DNA of 64,000 nt from a virus (taxonomy: Duplodnaviria > Caudoviricetes): positions 1-64,000 of the IMG/VR virus record IMGVR_UViG_3300046615_000401. The stretch is one strand, 5' to 3'. The translations under genes were made by a program, and so were the position numbers. The notes under the pieces were generated by a model that was given only the letters and a program-made list of their open reading frames with translations, had not been told where the DNA came from and searched no databases. How positions within the stretch are numbered: the stretch's first letter is position 1; every line of letters starts with the position of its first letter. This document shows, in pieces, positions 53,900 to 63,492 of this stretch.

Positions 53900-54235
53900 T
53901 TACGTTAAATTTCCCATTTTGATAATGGGCTGTCCATTTCGACAGACGGTAATACCTTTCGTTGAAATGTCCATTGTGGTTTTCGGTGGCATGACCAGGT
54001 CCAGTATCTGCTGGTACTGCGCAGCCGCTTTAACCGCACCGGTGTCGAAAGGATTGCGACCCTCCCAAGGATTATTACAACGATCGTAAACCTGATCAGG
54101 GGTCATCCTCTCTTCACCAGGATGCAGACCCTGCATGGCTTTCATGGCCCAGGCATGGCCGGCAGCTTCTTTACGGGCATAAGCTGTGGCCTCTAATTCC
54201 TTATACCACCGGGTCAAGTCTGCTTTGAAATTCAT
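53900..54235 (-). CDS. Hypothetical protein
   Basis: Start at MNFKAD behind AAGGAAG. Confidence 0.6.
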   Translation of the reverse strand: MNFKADLTRWYKELEATAYARKEAAGHAWAMKAMQGLHPGEERMTPDQVYDRCNNPWEGRNPFDTGAVKAAAQYQQILDLVMPPKTTMDISTKGITVCRNGQPIIKMGNLT

Positions 54236-54246
54236 GCTGCTTCCTT

Positions 54247-54447
54247 TCAGGGACAACATTGTGGGGAACTCCCGCAAAGATTCATTGGACTGTACATTTC
54301 AAAATCCTCAATATCACCTTCCCATTCATAGGGCCGGTGACATCTTCTACAGCAAGCAAGGATTTTGCCGTTGGCAACGTTCAATCCATTTTCAATGTAA
54401 AAGTTACCCAGGACCAGTTGCAGCATTAATGCTTCTTGGCGTGTCAT
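54247..54447 (-). CDS. Small Cys-rich (Zn-ribbon-like) protein
   Basis: CCRRC...CGSSPQCCP; overlaps the DNA polymerase stop. Confidence 0.55.
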   Translation of the reverse strand: MTRQEALMLQLVLGNFYIENGLNVANGKILACCRRCHRPYEWEGDIEDFEMYSPMNLCGSSPQCCP

Positions 54448-57185
54448 GCTGCTTCCTTTTCTGGTTCGGGGTTGAGATACTCCTGCTTGGCTTCAGTGCA
54501 GATCTTGACTATCTCAGCTGCAGAAGCACCATTAGGCAGGGTGATGGCGTTGGCCCAGGATGGCCAGAAGATGTCCAGGTTGGCACCCAGCTTGACCGTG
54601 GGGTGCTGGATCTCCGGCAGCTTCTGCCACTGCATGGACAGGATCAGTTCCCGGTTGGCCCATTCGACGACAACCGGATCTTCCCGGATCAGCAAGTAGC
54701 AGGCGTCATGGATCATGGCCACTGGCTTGATGTCCAGCCGGTAGGGTGAAGCCCAGACCTTGTTCATAAAGTCCACCATGGCCCGGTTATTCAGCAAGCC
54801 ATACGACTGGCCCAGAGCGTTGCCGGCAGTACGCCCTTCGGCCGCTGCTGCATACGGCATCGACGGTGACCCATACACCACCTGCTTGAGCAAGGGTGTG
54901 CGCAGGCGCAAGCCAAAGGCCACGGTGACATAGCCATCCTTATTGGCTTGCTTCAGCTTGGTCTGCACGTACTGGTCCGACACCACATACAGTTGGTGGT
55001 AGCCGGCTTCAATCCGCTTGGCTTTGTCTTCTGGCCAACCCAGATTTTGCATCAGGGTGTAATGCGTACCTTGGTAGGTCAAGGCAAAGGTGGGTATCTT
55101 TGACTCCTGGCGGTAGGGGTGTTCCTTGCCACCATACTGCGGACACTTCTTCAAGGAGTTGACCGATTTGGGATCGTTCATATCGATGACGATGCCCTCG
55201 GCCAGCAGTTCATCCTTGTAGTAGTAAGCCGCCCGCAAGCAGTGACCATCGAAGCCATCGGTATACACCTTAAGCTTGTTCGGATCCTTAGTGGTCAAGG
55301 CTGAGATCATGTCCTCCAGCGAGTTGAAGTCGGCGCCCGCAAACACCCAGCCGGCTGGACCCATGAAAGCTTCCTTGATCAGCTTGGCGAAGATGGACTT
55401 GGCCGGGATGTTCTGCAGGTTTGGATCGGAGGAAGACAACCTGCCGGACACCGTGCCACCGACATTGAAGTTGCCATGCAACCAGACAATGCCGGAACCA
55501 TCCCGGTCAATCGCCCGTTCAAAGGCAGGGATGAAGGTGGACAGAATGGTGCTGACCTGGCTGATACCGATCAATGCCTCGATCAACGCCTTGTTGGCAA
55601 TGCCGATCGGATGGTCCAGCATCTTCTTCAGTGTGTCTTCACCCGTGGAACCCATCTTGGTGGGGGTCATGTCGATGATGGGCAGGCCCAGCATCTCGTA
55701 CAGCAGCGTGCGCAGCTGCGGATCACTGCCGGGATTGAACTCCCACTGCGGATAGGTGGCACGGTCCTTGGGCTTGATCTTGTCGGGGTGCTTGGCTTTG
55801 TCGCGCCGTTCCTCGTAGTCCCACTGCCATTCCAGCTGGGTACGCTTGGCTTCGTACGCTTTCACATCGGGATGTTGTAAGACCACCACCCGGAAGGCAT
55901 TGTCAATGTCGGTCAGCTTGGCCTTGATCTCAACGATCTTGGCTTTGCTCATGGGCATACCGGTCAGCTCGATCTGCGTGATGACCTTCTGCGACGGCAG
56001 CATCAGCTCATGGTACAGATCGACCTGGCTGTCGGCCACCATGACCGGATAATACTTGGCCTTGACGAAGTTGGTAGACAGGCAATCGACACCGTTGTAC
56101 TGCAGCAGATCCTTCAGCGGGATCATGCGGATGTCCTTGATGTCATCCTGCGCCCAGTTACCAGCAAACTCCTGGGCCAGATTCTTCAGCTTCAGATCGT
56201 TACCGGCCGTGCTGTTCGTGGCCAGGTAGGTGATGATCTTGGTGTCGTCGATGCCGCAGTTAGCACCCAAGCGATACATGATCTCCAGCCCTTCCAACAA
56301 GCCAACGGTGTCCGCATAGTCCTTCATCCACAGCGTGTAGATGATGACCTTGACGTCGTAGCCGGCGTTATGCCAAGTCAGCTTGCCTTTGTAGGTGGTG
56401 AAGAAGTCCTTCAAAGCAGCACGGACATGGGGATCCGGCACGAAGCGGCCGAACTCTTGCCGACGCTCCCCTGTCAGTGGTGCCAGGTCGGGATTATTGG
56501 GCTTGTAATCGCAAGGGAAGGCGACAAACTTGTGCTGGTCCGGGGCAAAGGCGATGGTGCCGATGCCAGCCTCGTTAAAACGCAGTGAGAAGGCTTCAAT
56601 GTCGGCAGCCAGCTCAGGGTATTCCTGCAGGGCATTTAACGCCGCCTGGATCGAACTGATGCCTTCTGGATACACTGCCTGGTGGATGATGCCGGTGCCA
56701 GGTGCCTGATAACTGCCCACGGCGTGGGAAGCCAAGGCGAACAGGCTGGCATCGAGCTTGGCTTGCAGATCGGGGTTGTAGATCAGCTGCTGGTAGTTCA
56801 TACCCAGTACGACTTGCAGGTGGGTGTAGCCGTCCATCTTGCAGGGCAGAACATAGCCTGCATGGACATCGGCTTTCTGCTGGCCGGTGAGCACCTTGAA
56901 GAAGGCACTATCAGCGCAATACACGTACTTGGTCTGGAGGGAGGTGAGCGCCGGGAGTATTGATGCGAGGAGATACTCCTTGATGTGCCCCACGGGCGCC
57001 TTCCCTGCTTCATTGTACTCCAGTGTCAAGGCGACAACTTCAGAAGCATGCACACCGTGCGCAGCCAGCTTGTTGACGTAGTTTTTTTGCAACTCCTGCT
57101 TGTTGAAGGCAGTGGACTTCATCAACAGGGCCACCGGGTAATTACCGGTGGCGGAAGGATCAAAGACGTGGTTGCGCATGACCAT
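54444..57185 (-). CDS. Family A DNA polymerase with 3'-5' exonuclease (N4 gp39-like)
   Basis: Exo ADIEAF/HNAGYD/YNGVD; GRLSSSDPNLQNIP; motif A ADFNSLE; motif B RQESKIPTFALTYQG; motif C IHDA. Start at MVMRNH. Confidence 0.95.
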   Translation of the reverse strand: MVMRNHVFDPSATGNYPVALLMKSTAFNKQELQKNYVNKLAAHGVHASEVVALTLEYNEAGKAPVGHIKEYLLASILPALTSLQTKYVYCADSAFFKVLTGQQKADVHAGYVLPCKMDGYTHLQVVLGMNYQQLIYNPDLQAKLDASLFALASHAVGSYQAPGTGIIHQAVYPEGISSIQAALNALQEYPELAADIEAFSLRFNEAGIGTIAFAPDQHKFVAFPCDYKPNNPDLAPLTGERRQEFGRFVPDPHVRAALKDFFTTYKGKLTWHNAGYDVKVIIYTLWMKDYADTVGLLEGLEIMYRLGANCGIDDTKIITYLATNSTAGNDLKLKNLAQEFAGNWAQDDIKDIRMIPLKDLLQYNGVDCLSTNFVKAKYYPVMVADSQVDLYHELMLPSQKVITQIELTGMPMSKAKIVEIKAKLTDIDNAFRVVVLQHPDVKAYEAKRTQLEWQWDYEERRDKAKHPDKIKPKDRATYPQWEFNPGSDPQLRTLLYEMLGLPIIDMTPTKMGSTGEDTLKKMLDHPIGIANKALIEALIGISQVSTILSTFIPAFERAIDRDGSGIVWLHGNFNVGGTVSGRLSSSDPNLQNIPAKSIFAKLIKEAFMGPAGWVFAGADFNSLEDMISALTTKDPNKLKVYTDGFDGHCLRAAYYYKDELLAEGIVIDMNDPKSVNSLKKCPQYGGKEHPYRQESKIPTFALTYQGTHYTLMQNLGWPEDKAKRIEAGYHQLYVVSDQYVQTKLKQANKDGYVTVAFGLRLRTPLLKQVVYGSPSMPYAAAAEGRTAGNALGQSYGLLNNRAMVDFMNKVWASPYRLDIKPVAMIHDACYLLIREDPVVVEWANRELILSMQWQKLPEIQHPTVKLGANLDIFWPSWANAITLPNGASAAEIVKICTEAKQEYLNPEPEKEAA

Positions 57186-57198
57186 GGTAGGGTTTTCC

Positions 57199-57441
57199 TT
57201 ATTTTGTGTTGAACGCAATGCGATAGGTGTAGCGAATACTCTCGTGGTTGCCCCGGCGTGTCCATTTCTCACACAGTTGCCTAGCGGCCCACATTGGCAT
57301 GCCATCTGGGTGGAGCACAGCACCAACCTCATCAGCCTGATTTTGGGTGAATGTGTATTGCTTGGTGTGGGAACTGCCAGTGCTTGAGTAATACACCGTG
57401 CATTCGTATTCCCACACGCGAATGGCATTGTATTCAGTCAT
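57199..57441 (-). CDS. Hypothetical protein
   Basis: 80 aa ORF tiling the gap. Confidence 0.6.
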   Translation of the reverse strand: MTEYNAIRVWEYECTVYYSSTGSSHTKQYTFTQNQADEVGAVLHPDGMPMWAARQLCEKWTRRGNHESIRYTYRIAFNTK

Positions 57442-57449
57442 GGTTTGCC

Positions 57450-57968
57450 TTATATGATGACCAGATCCAGCACCATGCGCATTTTCAGCTTCATGAGCCA
57501 GTCGGCGTGGGTGAGTTTGAATTCTTCGACCTGTTCATCAGACAGTTCACGGGGGAACACGCTATCAATGTGCAGATTCATTCCCTGCAACACTGGGTGC
57601 ATGCAGGCTGGCAGCAGGGCGTAGTAGTCCAGCAGGCTGTTGCTGGTGTTCAGCATCTTGGTAAAGAAGCCAAACACATAGGGCTGTTCGTAATATTCTA
57701 GCTTCTGTTTTTCCGCCAGGTACTCGTCCATTCTGCCATGCAACTCCGGCAGCAGCCGCTGGTTCTTGAAGCGCGGAACTGTCAGCTCAAAGCTGTAGTA
57801 CTGGCCCTTGTAGCTGAAGGACTCATGCACAAAGCGGCCGGCCAGCGTGTTGTCCACCAGGATGCTTTTCAGCGTGGCATCGAAGCGGCGGTTAGTGGCG
57901 GCGTACATGGCGTCCTGCAGCGCGTTTTTGATGTGCTGCTTGATTTGGGGATTGAGCCGCAGGGCCAT
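57450..57968 (-). CDS. Conserved N4-like protein (gp38-like)
   Basis: 172 aa between helicase and polymerase; AGGAG SD. Confidence 0.65.
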   Translation of the reverse strand: MALRLNPQIKQHIKNALQDAMYAATNRRFDATLKSILVDNTLAGRFVHESFSYKGQYYSFELTVPRFKNQRLLPELHGRMDEYLAEKQKLEYYEQPYVFGFFTKMLNTSNSLLDYYALLPACMHPVLQGMNLHIDSVFPRELSDEQVEEFKLTHADWLMKLKMRMVLDLVII

Positions 57969-57983
57969 GTTGTTCTCCTTGGT

Positions 57984-58262
57984 TTAAGATGAACACCAGG
58001 CACCAGCAAACCAACGACCACCACATTCAGTGATCAGCATTGGCCCCCATTTCTGGGCATGGTCACCCAGCCAGTCTTCGATGTTTTCAGGTGATGTTCC
58101 CGCACAGCCGATGACTTCAACACCTCGACATTCAGCCCAGGAGCCGGAGTAACCTCCATGACCATGTTCGTATCCCGCTTGCTCGATCAGTGCTTGTGCC
58201 TCTTTCTTGGCACCGTCTAGTGTTTTGGCTTGCAGCGCTTGAAAATTATATTCAGATCCCAT
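57984..58262 (-). CDS. Hypothetical protein
   Basis: 92 aa; AAGGAG SD; YEHGHGGYSG motif. Confidence 0.7.
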   Translation of the reverse strand: MGSEYNFQALQAKTLDGAKKEAQALIEQAGYEHGHGGYSGSWAECRGVEVIGCAGTSPENIEDWLGDHAQKWGPMLITECGGRWFAGAWCSS

Positions 58263-58280
58263 GATGTCTCCTTTCTTGGT

Positions 58281-59567
58281 TTAGCCGAAGTCGCCGGTGA
58301 GGTACACCTGGTGCCGGGCACGCGATACGCCCACATACAGCAGCCGGGCAATCTGATCACCACTGTTGCAGCGCGCCACATCGTCCAGGTCAATGAACAC
58401 CTTGTCGTAGGTGGAACCCTGGCTCTTGTTGATGGTCTGGGCATAGGCTGCTCGCAGATCGATCCAATTCTCTTCGATCTCCCGCATGACGTGGTAGTCA
58501 TCCATGGCACGGGCACGCTTCAGGCGTTCATTGCGACCAGCCAGCGTCTTCGGAAAGAAACAGCGGTTGACGTAGTCCACGGTGATGAAGTTGCCCAGCA
58601 CATCCTGATGGATGATCGGATCTTCGATGGCGGTGATATACACCATGGCGTCGGTCTTGATACCGTTCTTGCCCACCATGACGTGCTTGTTGCACACGGC
58701 ATAGTCACCCACGATGAAGTGGGGATCCCCGGTGATCTGGTTGTTGACAGCATGGTTGTAGCCGATCACACAGTTATTGGTCCAGCCCAGGATCTTGGAA
58801 TCGCGGTAGTGCCAGTCACTGCGGGTGAACTCGGCAATGATGGCATCCTCAAAATCGCTGCGCGGCAGATGGTGGATATGCTGGCCATCTGGTTTGAAGG
58901 GTGTCCAGATACCGGTGCCCACGGTGTTGCGGAACTGTGTGGCCAGATCAATGATGGGATTGCCTTCAGCCTGGCGCATGACCTTCTCCAAGCTGGCCGT
59001 GGTGAAGCCAGCATCGAATACTGGCGTGGTAGAGGATTTCACTGGCGTCAGCTGGGCTGGATCACCGATGAACATGATCTTGCAATTGTCGGTTTGCCGG
59101 AAGATATGCGTTAGCAGTCCACTGTCGATGTAACTGGCTTCGTCGATGATCAGGATGTAGCCGCGCTCCGGGATCTGCGAACGGGGGATCAGCTGAGTAA
59201 CACCGGTGCGGAAGTCCTTCGACACACGCAAGCCAAGGAAGCTGTGGATGGTGCGTACTTCCCTGCCGGTGATCTCGGCGAACGCCTCCGCTGCCTTGTT
59301 GGTGGTGGCGGTCAGGGCGATCTGGTACTCGTAGGCATTCGGATTGACCAACTTGGCCATCTTCAGGTACTTATCCATGTTGTCCATCATGGTTTTCACC
59401 AGCGTGGACTTACCGGTGCCGGCGTAACCCTGCAGCACAAACACCTGCTCGGACGGACTGAGCAGGAATTTGACAAAGGCATCCAGCGCGGCCTGCTGGT
59501 CATCAGACAGGGTGAAGGGCTCGACTACTGTTTCCAGTTCGGTGTCGAGATTGATATCGTCGCTCAT
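58281..59567 (-). CDS. Dda/RecD-like SF1 DNA helicase
   Basis: GYAGTGKS, ATTNKAA, TIHSFL, IIDEAS, GDPAQL, YAQTINKSQGST, LYVGVSRA. Confidence 0.95.
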   Translation of the reverse strand: MSDDINLDTELETVVEPFTLSDDQQAALDAFVKFLLSPSEQVFVLQGYAGTGKSTLVKTMMDNMDKYLKMAKLVNPNAYEYQIALTATTNKAAEAFAEITGREVRTIHSFLGLRVSKDFRTGVTQLIPRSQIPERGYILIIDEASYIDSGLLTHIFRQTDNCKIMFIGDPAQLTPVKSSTTPVFDAGFTTASLEKVMRQAEGNPIIDLATQFRNTVGTGIWTPFKPDGQHIHHLPRSDFEDAIIAEFTRSDWHYRDSKILGWTNNCVIGYNHAVNNQITGDPHFIVGDYAVCNKHVMVGKNGIKTDAMVYITAIEDPIIHQDVLGNFITVDYVNRCFFPKTLAGRNERLKRARAMDDYHVMREIEENWIDLRAAYAQTINKSQGSTYDKVFIDLDDVARCNSGDQIARLLYVGVSRARHQVYLTGDFG

Positions 59568-59836
59568 TTTGGTTTTCCATAGATCAGGGTGAGGGTGTCT
59601 TCGACGGCTGCATCATCAATGCAAGCCAAGGCCGAATCAGGATCATCGATACCGCCAGCCAGGCAATCAATCTGTTCGATGATGGCTTCATTCTGGTCAT
59701 CGGTGAAGGCATAGGTGCGCGTGGTCACTTCTTCCAGTTCACGCAAAGCAGCCCACCAACGCAGCTTGGCGGCCACTGCGGCAGCCAGCTTAATCCGGAT
59801 GGTTTCATTTCGTGCAATGACTTGATCAGGGCTCAT
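59564..59836 (-). CDS. Hypothetical protein
   Basis: 90 aa; 4-nt overlaps with neighbours. Confidence 0.65.
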   Translation of the reverse strand: MSPDQVIARNETIRIKLAAAVAAKLRWWAALRELEEVTTRTYAFTDDQNEAIIEQIDCLAGGIDDPDSALACIDDAAVEDTLTLIYGKPK

Positions 59837-60153
59837 GGTTCGTCTTTCTGAATGGGGTTTTTCGCAGCGAGCAACTTGGCTTTTTGTTCCCGCAATTCCT
59901 GCACTCTGTTGTTGTAGTTGTCATTCAACCGTTGGATCTTTTCATCCAATATTTCTACTGTTTGTTGTGATGGAATGTAAGTCGCAGGTACCGTGAAATT
60001 AACAAGATATTCTCCGATATGCACCATGTCCTGGAATGGGTACATGGAAACACACAGGCCGCCCTGTGTTTGCACCATGACATGCACAGGAATCGCCAGT
60101 GTTGTACCTGGCGTTATTTCCTCTGGCTTGATGAGGTTGAGTAGTGTAAGCAT
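59833..60153 (-). CDS. Hypothetical protein (AT-rich)
   Basis: Start at MLTLLN behind AAGGAG; C-terminal coiled coil. Confidence 0.6.
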   Translation of the reverse strand: MLTLLNLIKPEEITPGTTLAIPVHVMVQTQGGLCVSMYPFQDMVHIGEYLVNFTVPATYIPSQQTVEILDEKIQRLNDNYNNRVQELREQKAKLLAAKNPIQKDEP

Positions 60154-60163
60154 GAAGCACTCC

Positions 60164-61327
60164 TTATTCCGTATGGGTTTTGTAATGGATGACCTTGCCG
60201 AACGGTGCCGTCCACTCTGGGTTGTCATGGATTATCCACAGTACACTGGCACTGCAGTGTTCCCGGTCATGGCAGAAGCCACCATCGCTAAAGATCATCG
60301 CCACCTTGGGCTTGGTCTTCTCGATGTGGTCCAGCACCTCTGTGATGTTGGTGCCCCCCCTGCCAGTGAACTTCACGTTGGCCAGGTCCATGACATTGCG
60401 CACCGTAGTGATCGACTTGATGTGCGTGTCAAACTGACCCAGTTCGATCTTCTTTGGCTTCATCATCTTCAAGATGCCGTGCAGCTCAGAGATGAAGCGC
60501 AAGAAGTCTTCATCGGTTTCCGAACCGGAGATATCCATCCATGCCTGGAAGTCGACCATGGCGCCTTCGCTCCACAGGGAGGGCAGGTAGTGCTGCGGGA
60601 AGAAACGCCGATTCGGTCGCTTCCAGGAATAGTCGAACTTGCCCAGTTCCTTGAGCCATTTGCGCACGATGGTTTGCCATGGCAGTTTAGGATTCAGCAG
60701 CTGGTCCAGGTACAGATCAATACCCCCCGGTACCGAACCAGGAGGCTCATTGGCCATCTTGGACATGGTGGCAGCACGGATGATGATGTCGTCGATGGCT
60801 TTCTTCAGCGTTCGATCATCCATGTCAGGCGCATCCCGCAGATCGTCCATGCCGCATTCTGGCTTGGGCATAGTCGGCATCTGCTGCTGTTCCGCGTGCA
60901 GGATGTCGTACACCTGCTCGGTGCTCATGTCCGTGAAGCGCGGATCTGCCAAGCGGAAGCCAGGTAGCTTGAATCCCCTGGCTTCGAGCATCAGATTAAT
61001 CACATGGTCGCCGGCAGCATTCCACAGCTTGTGGTCACGGTTACCCTTGCGGGCGCCGATGTGCATATACGCCGGATGACAGGCTTCATGCACCAGCACA
61101 CCGATGCGCTCATCCGGAGTCAGGCTGTGGAAGAAGTTGGGATTGAAGCCTACCTTCAAGCCAGTGGTCCAGGCAGTCGGATGGGTATCGTCCCAGACAA
61201 ACTTCATGCTGAACAGGATGGTGGTGAAGAAGGCACTGCCGGGCTTTTGCATCAGTCCGATCTTGGCCTGATTCAGCAGTTTTTTCAGGGAGACGTCATC
61301 GTCATAGTTGACAGCTTGGGCTTGCAT
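60164..61327 (-). CDS. Metallopeptidase-like protein with a C-terminal vWA domain (N4 gp25 / DUF2201-like)
   Basis: PTAWT, HEACH (HExxH), WNAAGDHVIN, MIDAS-like DISGS, GRGGT, FSDG. Confidence 0.88.
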   Translation of the reverse strand: MQAQAVNYDDDVSLKKLLNQAKIGLMQKPGSAFFTTILFSMKFVWDDTHPTAWTTGLKVGFNPNFFHSLTPDERIGVLVHEACHPAYMHIGARKGNRDHKLWNAAGDHVINLMLEARGFKLPGFRLADPRFTDMSTEQVYDILHAEQQQMPTMPKPECGMDDLRDAPDMDDRTLKKAIDDIIIRAATMSKMANEPPGSVPGGIDLYLDQLLNPKLPWQTIVRKWLKELGKFDYSWKRPNRRFFPQHYLPSLWSEGAMVDFQAWMDISGSETDEDFLRFISELHGILKMMKPKKIELGQFDTHIKSITTVRNVMDLANVKFTGRGGTNITEVLDHIEKTKPKVAMIFSDGGFCHDREHCSASVLWIIHDNPEWTAPFGKVIHYKTHTE

Positions 61328-61359
61328 GGTGACCTCGGAGGGTATAAGGGGAAGGGAAT

Positions 61360-61668
61360 TCAACCGGGCGCGGCGACGCGCATGCCAGTCTTGAATTCGA
61401 TAATGTCTTTAAGGTCTACCCCACAGTCTTCCATCATGGAGGCTTCGTGTTCGGCCAGGAAGGCTTGCAGGCGCTCGATACGCAGCCTGTGGTACTCGGT
61501 GGTCCGGATGCTGATCTGCATGCGCAAATCCGCGTATTCTGCACGAGTTTGCGACTCAAGTACATGCAGCTGTGCATGTTTTAGTTCGGCCAGAGCCACT
61601 TGTTGTGGACTAGGCATCCAGCGTTGGGTCCAGCGGTCAAACCAGCTGGGTAATTGACCGATGGTCAT
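61360..61668 (-). CDS. Hypothetical protein
   Basis: 102 aa; GGAG SD. Confidence 0.65.
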   Translation of the reverse strand: MTIGQLPSWFDRWTQRWMPSPQQVALAELKHAQLHVLESQTRAEYADLRMQISIRTTEYHRLRIERLQAFLAEHEASMMEDCGVDLKDIIEFKTGMRVAAPG

Positions 61669-61687
61669 GAGAATCTCCGATAAATGG

Positions 61688-61707
61688 AAAAGGCCGCATC
61701 AGCGGCC
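61688..61707 (-). terminator. Intrinsic terminator
   Basis: GGCCGC-TGAT-GCGGCC-TTTT on the - strand. Confidence 0.6.
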
Positions 61708-61732
61708 AATTGTGAGGTGAGTGAGTACTTAC

Positions 61733-61894
61733 TTAGTACGACAGGGCCGTGGTCAGTGTCTTGTAGTCCTGCTGCTTACGTTCTTCCGCAACCTGTTTGA
61801 CATGCCGTGCTTCGGCTTCAGCCGGCGTCAAGGGGGTAGTGTTGCAGGCAGCCAGGCTGGCCAGGATCAACAGCAGGGGGAGGATCTTTTTCAT
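61733..61894 (-). CDS. Small lipoprotein (53 aa), absent from the ORF track
   Basis: MKKILPLLLILASLAAC-NTTPLTPAEAEARHVKQ...; canonical signal peptide II with lipobox LAAC. Confidence 0.75.
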   Translation of the reverse strand: MKKILPLLLILASLAACNTTPLTPAEAEARHVKQVAEERKQQDYKTLTTALSY

Positions 61895-61920
61895 GATGAG
61901 CTTTCGTTGTGGTTGAAGGA

Positions 61921-62445
61921 TTACTTGCTTGGTTTAATGCGGGGCTTGACGTGCGTGAGACTGTCCACCAGGTGATCCAGGCTGTGTGCTACATGTTTTT
62001 CGCCTGGTTCGGTGGTACTCGTATACACACGATAGACCAGTTCAGCACATGGATTAACAGGCACTCCAATTGCTGCAGCATTTCGGCTGACAATATCGGC
62101 ACTGATGCCCGCTTCCAGCATGGCTTTCAGCTTCTCGTAGCGCTGAGCATTACGCACGATCTCCATGGCAACCTCTTTGGTTTCCTGGATTCGTTTAAGC
62201 TCTGGCAGTGGATTGAATAACTCCGGTGCCAAACGCCATACGATCTGCATCTTGCGCATGGCTTCGGCTTTGTTCTTGTACACACTGCGGTCATCAGATT
62301 CCTTGACCCACACACCAGAAGGTATATGGGTGATCATCACACCGGTTTCCTGCCGGAGTATCCAGCCAGATGGTGGTGTGGTACGGTAAGTATCGATACG
62401 GATATCGGCCAGGTTCATTTCCACAAAATTGTCATGCGGTTCCAT
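61921..62445 (-). CDS. Peptide-release-factor (RF-1 domain)-like protein lacking GGQ
   Basis: DIRIDTYR...ITHIPSG...DDRSVYKNKAEAM aligns by eye with RF1 domain 3; SGW sits where GGQ is expected. Confidence 0.75.
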   Translation of the reverse strand: MEPHDNFVEMNLADIRIDTYRTTPPSGWILRQETGVMITHIPSGVWVKESDDRSVYKNKAEAMRKMQIVWRLAPELFNPLPELKRIQETKEVAMEIVRNAQRYEKLKAMLEAGISADIVSRNAAAIGVPVNPCAELVYRVYTSTTEPGEKHVAHSLDHLVDSLTHVKPRIKPSK

Positions 62446-62746
62446 GGATGTCCTCATGGGTCAGGTCCATCAGCAAGCACACCGGACGGTTAACGTCCTG
62501 CTCGAAGATGACGTTGAACTTCTCACCGGGGAAGTAGGTGGCCACCAGCAGCAGCTCACCAAAGGTTTCATCGGTGACCTCGGCCACTACGGCGCCCCAG
62601 CGCGGATTGACCGTCATGAAGCGCGCCACATTGGGCAGGCATTCGCTGATGCGGGAACCCCTGGTGATCCTCACCACTGGCTTGGCTTTGCCGCGGCCCG
62701 GTGAGGGACCATAGTAGGTGGTTTTGATGGTACGTTCGCTGTTCAT
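62432..62746 (-). CDS. Hypothetical protein (104 aa)
   Basis: MNSERTIKTTYYGP... is the distal part of the 62432-63013 track ORF; ATGA-type overlap with the HNH stop. Confidence 0.65.
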   Translation of the reverse strand: MNSERTIKTTYYGPSPGRGKAKPVVRITRGSRISECLPNVARFMTVNPRWGAVVAEVTDETFGELLLVATYFPGEKFNVIFEQDVNRPVCLLMDLTHEDIHGTA

Positions 62747-63120
62747 GCGGCGATCCTTTCGAGAGTGACGGGACACAGATCGCGTCCAAATAACTGGGCC
62801 TTGCCACGCAGCGTGTTGACGCTGTGCGTGACCGGCTCCAGATGGGCGGGGTTGATGCAGCAACGGGTACGGCAGACATGATCGAGCAACAAGCCTTCCG
62901 GGATGGGACCGTTGTAGGCTTCGTAGCACAGGCGGTGGGCCATCTTCTCGTTGCCGTCGTAATGTAGCCGGCCATAGCCGTTGCGATTGGTGCGGCCGAC
63001 CCATACCCAGCATTCCCCCAGCGGGGCAATGATCAGGACCGGGACGATACGGTCTAACAGCTTGTTGATGATCCTTTCTGTGTGCTCCACTGCGATGATG
63101 AAGGGATGGGATTGGTCCAT
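62743..63120 (-). CDS. HNH endonuclease (HNH_3-like)
   Basis: CWVW......GYG.......AHRLCYE...GPIPEGLLLDHVC....C.NP.HLEPVT...N. Confidence 0.92.
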   Translation of the reverse strand: MDQSHPFIIAVEHTERIINKLLDRIVPVLIIAPLGECWVWVGRTNRNGYGRLHYDGNEKMAHRLCYEAYNGPIPEGLLLDHVCRTRCCINPAHLEPVTHSVNTLRGKAQLFGRDLCPVTLERIAA

Positions 63121-63129
63121 GGCTTTCCT

Positions 63130-63492
63130 TTAAGTGAGGATGGGTGTGACATGCATGATCTTGCTGATCATGTAAGCCACGCCGGCAATCTTGTGTTCAT
63201 GCTTAGGCTCAAACGATTTCATGTGCGCCATGACGCATTGGAAGGTGGCCGGACCATCTTCACGGAAGCCAGGATTGAAAATAATTTCCCCGTCAGGTGC
63301 TGGATGACCAACGAACATGGCATCAGCGATGCGTGTGTAAATATTGGTCTGCCAGAACTCGGCGGGGATCTCCTCTTCTGGTGGTAGTAAGCGGGTGGTA
63401 CCCCATACCGCTTCTGGCTTGGTGATGCTGTCGATGTCGGCCTGGGTGATACTCCAGGCTGCCTGTTCCACTGGCTTGGTTTTGCGGCTCAT
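63130..63492 (-). CDS. N4 gp14-like conserved protein
   Basis: IPAEF...F...SFEPKHEHKIAGVAY motif. Confidence 0.7.
   Translation of the reverse strand: MSRKTKPVEQAAWSITQADIDSITKPEAVWGTTRLLPPEEEIPAEFWQTNIYTRIADAMFVGHPAPDGEIIFNPGFREDGPATFQCVMAHMKSFEPKHEHKIAGVAYMISKIMHVTPILT

Noticed and set aside
54444-57185. Intein/intron in the polymerase, or a modified-base (dZ, dU, 7-deazaG) pathway
   Set aside because: The polymerase, RNR and terminase are uninterrupted. No PurZ, QueC/D/E, DpdA, methylase or glycosyltransferase genes are seen, and dUTPase plus ThyX imply ordinary thymine DNA.
62432-63013. 193-aa ORF as a single gene
   Set aside because: Its first half overlaps the clearly real HNH gene in another frame; only the distal 104 codons (62432-62746) are accepted.
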